This document shows, piece by piece, positions 46,238 through 53,367 of a stretch of 53,367 bases of DNA. The stretch is from a virus. Its lineage: Duplodnaviria; Caudoviricetes. The notes beneath the pieces were generated by a model. The model saw nothing but the letters and a program-made list of their open reading frames with translations. It made no database searches and was not told where the DNA came from. Each line of letters starts with the position of its first letter. Positions within the stretch are counted from its first letter, which is position 1. The stretch is taken from positions 1 through 53,367 of the IMG/VR virus record IMGVR_UViG_3300003886_000006. The stretch is one strand, 5' to 3'. The translations under genes were made by a program, and so were the position numbers.

Positions 46238-46570
46238 TTACTTCGCCGCTGACCGTCCACGCGCTTCAACGATTATGGTCCGTTCGAGCACGTCAATAAC
46301 GCCACCGATCGGGTCACCTTCGGTCAACCCTTCCTCGTCCATCAGGTTTATCAGCATGTTGAGGAACGTCCCCGGCTTGGTGGATCTGGTACGCCGGTTG
46401 GTGGGGGATACGGCTGCGGTTCCCCTGGCCCGCGCCTTACCTGTTGGCTTACCTGCCTTGCCTGCCCCCGACTTTCCACTGGGCTTGACGTTTCCCTTGA
46501 CGTTTCCCTTGACGTTTCCCTTGACGTTTCCTGTAGCGCTGGTCGGTTCGTTTGTTTCAGCCATCAGCAT
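46238..46570 (-). CDS. Small basic low-complexity protein with (GNVK)4
   Basis: 110-aa ORF with a 12-bp tandem repeat. Confidence 0.6.
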   Translation of the reverse strand: MLMAETNEPTSATGNVKGNVKGNVKGNVKPSGKSGAGKAGKPTGKARARGTAAVSPTNRRTRSTKPGTFLNMLINLMDEEGLTEGDPIGGVIDVLERTIIVEARGRSAAK

Positions 46571-46589
46571 CTCTCTCTCTATTTTCGGC

Positions 46590-46734
46590 TGGTGGGCCGG
46601 GGCAGGTGTGTTGGGAACTTCGGGAACTTTCGGGGGGCTTCCCGTAAGCTTCCTGTCTCACCTGAATCGCCGGATGGTTTTATCTCACCAAGGGGGGGGA
46701 GTGAGTCAACCTTTCCGCTTTCCCCGGCCCACCA
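46590..46734 (-). ncRNA. Candidate ~145-nt structured RNA (sRNA or 5' leader)
   Basis: 13-bp terminal stem enclosing two nested arms; TACAAT 6 nt before its 5' end. Confidence 0.5.
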
Positions 46735-46790
46735 ATTCTCATTGTAGTCGCAGCCGTTTCTACCTATCCTCTACCTGTCCCCTACCCCCT

Positions 46791-47516
46791 CTACCCGTTG
46801 CTGAAAATCCCGTCTTCGTCCAACAGGTCGGCGTGCAGGTCGTCGAAGTCTTCCACCTCAGGGTACGCTTCGAGTGCTGCGTCTACGAACTCGTCGAAGT
46901 CTTCATAGTCGTCTGCGAGCTTTAGGAGCTTCCGCCGCAACGCCTTTTCGCTGACGTCAGCTTTGGGCTTGCTCGAACTCGAAGCCTTCGCATGTCCCTT
47001 ACCCTTGCCCTTACCCTTCGCCTTGCCTTTACCTTTCACCTTGCTCTTCGTCGCGACGATGCTGGTTGGGAGCGGCATTTCCCACACGATCTCGTCACCA
47101 TCGTCGTTCTTCCATTTGCTGACGACACGGCGTTCGAAGTGGATTGTCAACCCGTCGAACACTTTCGCCTCATATGGTGCCCCGCGCGACCCGAGCAGTT
47201 CGGCAACATCGTCGCCTAGCCCTACAGCCGTATCGATCAGTCTGCCGACGCCGCTGCTTCGGATGAACTTGTTCCTTCCGGAGCCGTGTTCTACTGCGGC
47301 CCCTTCGTCAACAACTTCCCAGCCTTTGCCGGTGCCGAACCTTTCGCTGTACTCTTCGTCGATCTCTTCGCCGTCCTGATATGCGGGGCCGCTCAGGAAC
47401 AGGAAGATCTTCTCCTGGTTGTCGCTTTCCTCGTCGGGACCGTACCAGGCGTTTTTGACTTTCAAATCGAAGTCGTCGAGCAACCCGGAGGTAGTTCCCC
47501 AGTCATCTACTGACAT
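46791..47516 (-). CDS. Putative ssDNA-binding protein
   Basis: Acidic, aromatic N-domain, KG linker, acidic tail; AAGGA RBS; position in the recombination module. Confidence 0.55.
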   Translation of the reverse strand: MSVDDWGTTSGLLDDFDLKVKNAWYGPDEESDNQEKIFLFLSGPAYQDGEEIDEEYSERFGTGKGWEVVDEGAAVEHGSGRNKFIRSSGVGRLIDTAVGLGDDVAELLGSRGAPYEAKVFDGLTIHFERRVVSKWKNDDGDEIVWEMPLPTSIVATKSKVKGKGKAKGKGKGKGHAKASSSSKPKADVSEKALRRKLLKLADDYEDFDEFVDAALEAYPEVEDFDDLHADLLDEDGIFSNG

Positions 47517-47715
47517 TGTATATATGTCCTTTCATCATCATGACATTTGCAATGATGGCTGTTACCCCTGCCATCATGGGGAATTACTCATGCACCTCCC
47601 ACGTTCTTGTTGCATCTCCTGTACATCTCCCACGCATCTCCCGTCACCTTCACCGGTCCTGAACGCACCTAGCGAAGGGATACTAAGCATAGCAGACACA
47701 TCACGCATTGTGAAG

Positions 47716-49935
47716 CTATATCGCATGTTTGTTCCGATTCTTTCTCCTAGCCTCGGCAGCTTTAACCAATGGTTTGGATTTCGGATTGTTCTTCGACAAC
47801 ACCAACGCCTCTTTCCACCATTTGGGAAACAGATGCTGACTGTCGCGGTACAGTCGGAGGAAAGACTGGTCAAGAATATACGTGTCACACCAGTCGTCTT
47901 TGCTTCTCATTCCCCGACCGGTCATTTGCACTATGGCACGGATAGTTTGAACCGCATACCATGTCTTGCCACCGCGCGCATACATTCGCGCCTTCACCAT
48001 CTTGTCCCCCAGATACGGGTATGGCACTTTCGCGATCACGATCACTTCACATTCGTCACCCGGCAGGTCAATGCCACGTTCAAACGATGGGGCCAGCATC
48101 ACACTGTCTTTACCTTCCAGGAACCGGGCTAAAGCCGCATCCCGTTCCTTCGCGTTCCAATATGTCATCACACGACTGTTGTCAAGACTGTTGTACAGGT
48201 ATCGTGTCAACTCGTAGCTGATAGTGTGGATCAGTATCCGCGCGTTCAAATTCGCATCTAATACCTCTCCGATCTGTTCCGCCAGAATCGGATACGCCTT
48301 GTCTTTCGTCTTCATCGTCACCCGGGTCTTCCCGACGTTAAACACGGGTCGGCTGGCCGCGGGGAAGGTGGATGCCATTTCGACATGCGCCCATTCGTGG
48401 TTTTCCAATCCAAGATCCTGCGCCATCTGCTGCGGGGAGATCAGTGTGGCGGACATCAGCAGGAACCTTTTTCCGGTTCGCCACAGCACATCGTTTGCGA
48501 CGTCATCAACCCGAATCGGTTTCCACACTAGCACCGCGTCGCTGTCCCTTTCGGCCCGCTCATAGCCGGTTAGCACCCATGAGCCGTCCAGCCCGTCTTC
48601 CCCTTCTTGACGGTCCAACATTTGACGTATCTGCCCTTTGAGCCGCCCTAACCGTTTCCTTTCCCGCCCTGTCTTCACCGCGCTGCCGAACATGGACGGT
48701 TGCCGTCTCATCTCGTCTTGCCGTTCAGTGATGGCAGGCAACATTTCGTCAACTAGCCACCGTGCCCAATCGGTCGCGACAGTCTTTTTCGGAATCGTGC
48801 CAACCCCGAGCTGTCTGCGAACATGCGGTCCGATCACCACTTCAACATGCCCCATCAGTTGCTGCTCGATCGTGTCAGCTTCGTCGACTATCACCAGGTC
48901 ACGACCGACGAACTGTGACACAACATTACGTGTCTCATACAGATAGTATGCGGTGTTTAAAACCCCTAGCAGCGCCCTCGCCGCCCGGTCTTTAGCAACC
49001 TGATACGGGCAGCTATGCATCGACGGACACCATGAGCACGATGTTGGCCCTTCACTCCACGACCCGTCGCAATCTTCTGTGGATAGGTCAGGTCGCAGTT
49101 CCGTCGGATAGTTCCCGCGGCCCTTCACCATTTCACTGTACGGGAAATCATCGGCTATCTGGTTTTGCAACGATTTGGTGGTGCAAACAAACGGGGTGGG
49201 GCGATTACCGGTTTGTAGCCTTCGCACCATTTCACTGATAATCGTCTTCCCTGATCCTGTAGGCGCGGACAGGAACACGACTTTACGCCCATCGTTGTAA
49301 TGGCCGATGATTTCCCGTATCGCCTGCCACTGGCCGTCGCGAAACTCGGTGAACTGTGGCGGCATCGGGATGTTGCCGAACATCGGATGGGACAGGGACG
49401 GCGGGTCGACAGGAAGGTTGTTGAGGAGTTTGGAGGTAGATGAGAGAGAAGGGGGGGAGGATGATGCGGACAGGCTCTTTTCCTTATCCCTTTTCTCGCC
49501 TTCCTCCTCGCCGCGTCGTATCTCTAAAAACTGTTGCCCTTTCCCCTGCTCCTTTTTCTCCCCACCTTTACCTTTTCCCTTACCTTTTCCCTTACCCTTC
49601 CCCTCATCTTCCCCCTCACCTTCCCCCTTCCCCCTATCTTCCCAATAGTCCATTTTGCCGCGGCGACACAGCACTACAGCTAACACATGGCTGCACATGC
49701 TTTTTCGTCTCGTCTCCCCGTAGCTACTGGTATGGCAGCTACATCGGTATTTCGTTTCCCCGTCACGCATCTCAACATGGTATTGGGGGTACGAGTCGCC
49801 TAGCTTCTTGTCCCCTTCTATCTGCCATTGGGAGTCACCCAAGTTCACGACGCGACGCCTCTTAGCCCGTTTAGTCAGCGATGCGCGTGCTTTTACCGGG
49901 GTTGAGCTGACGGTCGCCCACTGGTCTCTACTCAA
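47716..49935 (-). CDS. dinG: DinG/XPD-family SF2 helicase with N-terminal SWIM zinc finger
   Basis: SWIM CSC...CSH; Q motif FRDGQ; APTGSGKT; Cys cluster; VDEAD; MSAT; RGIDLPGD; QMTGRGMRSKDD. Confidence 0.92.
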   Translation of the reverse strand: MSRDQWATVSSTPVKARASLTKRAKRRRVVNLGDSQWQIEGDKKLGDSYPQYHVEMRDGETKYRCSCHTSSYGETRRKSMCSHVLAVVLCRRGKMDYWEDRGKGEGEGEDEGKGKGKGKGKGKGGEKKEQGKGQQFLEIRRGEEEGEKRDKEKSLSASSSPPSLSSTSKLLNNLPVDPPSLSHPMFGNIPMPPQFTEFRDGQWQAIREIIGHYNDGRKVVFLSAPTGSGKTIISEMVRRLQTGNRPTPFVCTTKSLQNQIADDFPYSEMVKGRGNYPTELRPDLSTEDCDGSWSEGPTSCSWCPSMHSCPYQVAKDRAARALLGVLNTAYYLYETRNVVSQFVGRDLVIVDEADTIEQQLMGHVEVVIGPHVRRQLGVGTIPKKTVATDWARWLVDEMLPAITERQDEMRRQPSMFGSAVKTGRERKRLGRLKGQIRQMLDRQEGEDGLDGSWVLTGYERAERDSDAVLVWKPIRVDDVANDVLWRTGKRFLLMSATLISPQQMAQDLGLENHEWAHVEMASTFPAASRPVFNVGKTRVTMKTKDKAYPILAEQIGEVLDANLNARILIHTISYELTRYLYNSLDNSRVMTYWNAKERDAALARFLEGKDSVMLAPSFERGIDLPGDECEVIVIAKVPYPYLGDKMVKARMYARGGKTWYAVQTIRAIVQMTGRGMRSKDDWCDTYILDQSFLRLYRDSQHLFPKWWKEALVLSKNNPKSKPLVKAAEARRKNRNKHAI

Positions 49936-50072
49936 AACAGTTCCACATGTTTACGTCTCCACGTCTCCACAATCTCCACGTCCAAGATAGATAATAGTGG
50001 CAGTATAGCAGGGGTAGTCAAGAAAACTTACCCCCCCTTACCCCCCTTACCCTTCCCCTTCCCCTTCCCCTT

Positions 50073-50765
50073 CTATTCCCTTACCCGTTTCCTTCCCCGA
50101 TTGATCTTCTTCCGATAGTCTCTGATAATGTCTTCCAGTTCGCCGCTGTACGGGTTCGGGATCGAGTCGACTACCGCGTCTTTATCTGCCAGATATTTCC
50201 GTAGTGCAGCCCATTCGCGTCTTTGCCATAGCCGTTCCACGTTGGTTCGAACCGCGGCGATATACGACTCAGCTTCGTCTTCTTTCGCCATGAGCTGCAA
50301 CTCGTCGGCCATCAACATTGCCATATCCACAGCTTCTTCCAACTCGTCATCGTCGATGGCCCGTGAAATCTGTTTGATCCGGTGGTAGAACGCGTCTCGG
50401 GCGATGTCTTCAATTGTCCGGTATTGCGGTATCCGTCCGGTTTGGATCAGTGCCCCTGCGGCCCCGGCGAGGGGTTTCGGCAGGTTGACTCGCAGATGGA
50501 AACTGTGACCTTTCTTATCTTGACTGTGGGTGTAGAAATGGTGCGGGTCGTAGCTCACATCATCATCTACAGTGTCCCAGGCGGCCCCTCCGGCCCCTTC
50601 TTGCCGTTCCCTATATTCGGCTAGTGCAGTCAGATAGATGGACGATTTCGATGCGTTTAGTCGTAAAGATTCCTGCTCGACCCATTCCCGCCAGTATTCG
50701 TTGATGATGAACGATGTACGGGAAGTTTGCGGCTTTGGGGATTCGTCGCCTGAGACTACATGCAC
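50073..50765 (-). CDS. Putative RHH-type DNA-binding protein
   Basis: RTSFII...ASKSSIYLTALAEY plus a second RHH-like unit; AGGAG RBS before GTG. Confidence 0.6.
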   Translation of the reverse strand: MHVVSGDESPKPQTSRTSFIINEYWREWVEQESLRLNASKSSIYLTALAEYRERQEGAGGAAWDTVDDDVSYDPHHFYTHSQDKKGHSFHLRVNLPKPLAGAAGALIQTGRIPQYRTIEDIARDAFYHRIKQISRAIDDDELEEAVDMAMLMADELQLMAKEDEAESYIAAVRTNVERLWQRREWAALRKYLADKDAVVDSIPNPYSGELEDIIRDYRKKINRGRKRVRE

Positions 50766-51065
50766 GGTTGCTCCTAATCACGTCGGATGTGGATGTTACA
50801 CGGTTGCGCGACGGTTGGGTGTCAACCACCTTAGCGAGTCCCGTCTTACGGTCCCCCTTTTTCCCCCGGGTTTTTCACCCACCATTAGCCGCTGCATTAG
50901 CCGCTGCATTAGCTACCACATTAGCTACTACATCAGCCACCATCTTGACTTCTGCAACTGTTCTGACTTCTTCAACCGGCCGGGCCTGTTCGAACCTTCA
51001 ACACTTTTCGACTACCCTCTTTTCCAGTCTTCCATATTCTCCCTCCATTCAGAAAGGTTACTCCT

Positions 51066-51419
51066 ATGGCTTACGCCCTTCTTTCCACTCCGACTGCACT
51101 CAGCCAGGCTGGGGTGGTCAACCCAACGTTTCAGGTCGCGGTTGTCGGCGGTCACATGTTCGCCAACGACGGCCGTGTGTTTCTCGAAATCAGAAACGAT
51201 GATGCGGCAGCAAAAACGATCACGATTCCGACCGGTGAAGTGTTGCAGGGGGATCTTGCAGTTGGTGACCGGACGATGGTTATCCCTGCCGGTCAGGTTG
51301 GCTACATCGGACCGTTTCCGCAGAAACCGTACAATCAGGTTTCGGGGGCGGACGCGGGGAACGTGTACATCGATTACAGCGCGGTGACTGCGGTGACGAT
51401 TAAAGCGTTCCGTGTGTAG
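51066..51419 (+). CDS. Virion structural-type beta protein; the only convincing plus-strand gene
   Basis: GAAAGG RBS; GHMFANDGRVFLEIRN...IGPFP...YNQ...VYIDYSAVT resembles small actinophage structural proteins. Confidence 0.8.
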   Translation: MAYALLSTPTALSQAGVVNPTFQVAVVGGHMFANDGRVFLEIRNDDAAAKTITIPTGEVLQGDLAVGDRTMVIPAGQVGYIGPFPQKPYNQVSGADAGNVYIDYSAVTAVTIKAFRV

Positions 51420-51422
51420 CAG

Positions 51423-51644
51423 TCAGAGCAGATGGACCCACGATCCGGTGCAGTCCATTCCTCGATGCATGAAGTAGTAGAGGTGTTGGTTGCATGACAG
51501 TCGTGGTTCCGCGTCTTGGTGGCAGCCGTCTGGCATCGGTTCAACTACCCATCTGGCTTTCTTCACGCAAGGTATGAGGCCAGATTCACTATCCCGGTAG
51601 GCCATGCATCGGTCTCTGTTCGTCTCATTCATCGTGTCACCCAT
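51423..51644 (-). CDS. Cys/His-rich small protein, paralog of 36721..36963
   Basis: GLIPC...ARWVV...RLSCNQH...FMHRGMDC. Confidence 0.7.
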   Translation of the reverse strand: MGDTMNETNRDRCMAYRDSESGLIPCVKKARWVVEPMPDGCHQDAEPRLSCNQHLYYFMHRGMDCTGSWVHLL

Positions 51645-52007
51645 GTCATTGTTCTCCTGTCTCGATCCGCTGCTTCTCTAGCCTTCTCCCAGCTTTTACC
51701 CAACCCTCTTCCAACCCTCCACCAACCCTCACCAATATTACTTCTATGCCAACTCCACCTACCCTTTTCTCGTTTTTGCCGACACCGCGTCGGTATTACG
51801 ATCTTGTAGCAACTCTACTACGATTTCGAAAACACGCGCACTCTCATGCCATCACTTTCCTAAAACGTATTACTCGCAACCCCCTGACCAGGGGTATTAC
51901 TCTTATGCCATCATGCCAGGAGCTTACTAAGGCGCGTCGTGGTGCCGTCATGCCATGGTGAAAACACCTGGCATTACAGCGCGCGCGATATAGGGATATA
52001 GAAGGGT

Positions 52008-52259
52008 TCATTCGTATCCGCATTCCTCAACCCGGCCGCACCTTTCACATTCAAACACCACCCCGTATCTGTCAACCAGCCGGACAGTCGGCAGCCCACC
52101 ACCTACTTCCCTTTCTCCCCCACCACTATCCACCCCACCATCGTCACATTCGCAAACAGTTGGTGTGGGCGGATCGTCAGATACTGCGTCGAGGAAGCTG
52201 GGCGGTTGGCTGTCACATATCAATCGTCCTTCTCCCCTCTCATCTTCCCTTCTCATCAT
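52008..52259 (-). CDS. Zn-ribbon small protein
   Basis: CEC...FECERCG; GAGGGG RBS. Confidence 0.6.
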   Translation of the reverse strand: MMRREDERGEGRLICDSQPPSFLDAVSDDPPTPTVCECDDGGVDSGGGEREVGGGLPTVRLVDRYGVVFECERCGRVEECGYE

Positions 52260-52497
52260 CTTCCCCTCTCATCCAACCGTTTTTCCCTTTCGCCCGATCT
52301 CTAGCTTCAACTTCTGTTAGTAACCGTTCCAGCCATCGTTCAACTCTGCCCATGATCGGTAGCACGATTAGGAGCGCCAATCCGATTAGGGCACTGATTT
52401 CAACTGAGGCCGGTAGTAGCCCTCGGGTGATGCTTGCCTGTTCGGTCACTACCCCGATCACTATCCCCCCGCCGATCACTATCCCCCCACCGATCAC
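52240..52497 (-). CDS. Small membrane protein
   Basis: Hydrophobic ISALIGLALLIVLPIM; (IVIGGG) repeat from an 18-bp tandem. Confidence 0.55.
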   Translation of the reverse strand: MIGGGIVIGGGIVIGVVTEQASITRGLLPASVEISALIGLALLIVLPIMGRVERWLERLLTEVEARDRAKGKNGWMRGEDDEKGR

Positions 52498-52838
52498 TCC
52501 CTTGCCCCTTCCCCTATCCCCTTCTCCCGCGCCTCTATCGCCTCTATAACCTCTGCTAGCCGCTCAGGGATCATTTTCCCTTCCCTCTCGGCATACCATC
52601 GCACAATCACCCAGGCGCGCCACAGGGGTCGTCTGGTGGGGCCTACAGTCGTATCAGGGTCGGGTAGGGTTTGCGTCGGCCGGTTCTGCCCGTTTCTCCG
52701 TCGGAAATCCCACTGTGCCGGGGTTCGAGGTTTCAAATCAGTTTGCGGCCAGACGGTGCAGATCAGCTCGGCCATGTCTGCGGTTGTAACCCAACGGGTT
52801 AGCAGATCGTGAATCTGGTTCTGTTCCCTACCCATCAT
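52494..52838 (-). CDS. MerR/Xis-like helix-turn-helix DNA-binding protein
   Basis: VTTADMAEL...LPDPD..VG....PLW....I..W pattern. Confidence 0.7.
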   Translation of the reverse strand: MMGREQNQIHDLLTRWVTTADMAELICTVWPQTDLKPRTPAQWDFRRRNGQNRPTQTLPDPDTTVGPTRRPLWRAWVIVRWYAEREGKMIPERLAEVIEAIEAREKGIGEGARE

Positions 52839-53367
52839 CCCTCCCCCCTGCTTTCATTCCCCAACCGGCACAACTTCACAACCGCAACCTGATGTTTACA
52901 CGCTACGGTAGGGTTTGTTTTCGCAGCCATACAGGTGCAGACGTTCGCTAACCCTTTATCCTGCGGCACTGTCACCGTGTAAATATCCCGTTCACCTTTC
53001 ACCCGAAACATTCGGCCGGGGATTTCGCGAACATCAACAGGGGAGATCATGTCCCCTTTAAACGTTGAACGTTCATCAGCTTCCGGCGTCGTCTGGCTGT
53101 CGAACTGTAGAAACCAGATGCGTTGACAGTGTTTGCATACAGGTTCACGCGGCCGGACCTCATCCGGTATTCTCATCCACATGTCTCTGCCATGTTCGAG
53201 GGGACATAGCCAACCCGAATTGTTCAATCTGACCGGTTTGTCCAATCTGACCGGTCCCCGAATCCCGCACAGTGCGAAACCGTTTCGACGTTCCGCAACG
53301 AAAATGTGGATTTTGCATCTGTACTTGTTGAGGAGGAACCTGGCCGGTTGTGTTGACCGTGTTGCAG
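52835..53367 (-). CDS. SWIM zinc-finger protein; spans the contig join (true start ATG at 98, 179 aa)
   Basis: MKPATRSTQPARF... from 98 reads in frame into LDKPVRLNN...; C-terminal YTV...CTC...CKH SWIM motif. Confidence 0.8.
   Translation of the reverse strand, partial: ATRSTQPARFLLNKYRCKIHIFVAERRNGFALCGIRGPVRLDKPVRLNNSGWLCPLEHGRDMWMRIPDEVRPREPVCKHCQRIWFLQFDSQTTPEADERSTFKGDMISPVDVREIPGRMFRVKGERDIYTVTVPQDKGLANVCTCMAAKTNPTVACKHQVAVVKLCRLGNESRGEG
53277..53367. repeat. Terminal overlap, copy 2
   Basis: Identical to 1-91. Confidence 0.97.

Noticed and set aside
52494-52838. Excisionase implying an integration module
   Set aside because: No tyrosine or serine recombinase was recognised anywhere; such HTH proteins are common without integrases.

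Overview
The window is a complete, circularly assembled genome (53,276 bp unique; bases 1-91 repeat at 53277-53367) of a long-tailed siphovirus-type dsDNA phage. A WhiB gene and the structural gene types suggest an actinobacterial host. All convincing genes but one are on the minus strand. Read right to left: a DNA-metabolism block (SWIM-DinG helicase, SSB-like, Cas4-like nuclease, Sak4-like ATPase, ERCC4 nuclease, RtcB, family-4 UDG, WhiB), an array of small coupled genes, a membrane lytic transglycosylase, a DNA methylase, packaging and head genes, tail genes, lysis genes, a ~1 kb non-coding control region, and small early-type genes. I recognised no integrase, ParA/ParB, DNA polymerase, primase, classical prohead protease, tRNA or CRISPR array. 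Main leads: (1) two perfect chromosomal-type parS sites beside a phased repeat array in a phage without its own par genes or integrase; (2) a JAB/JAMM protease inside the head-completion genes, with matching G|AE leader motifs on scaffold and major capsid protein; (3) a small-gene array with conserved junction repeats; (4) a promoter-aligned ~145-nt structured RNA; (5) pervasive short tandem duplications and G4-capable tracts, notably around the DinG gene. All assignments come from reading motifs and synteny by eye; no database search was run.
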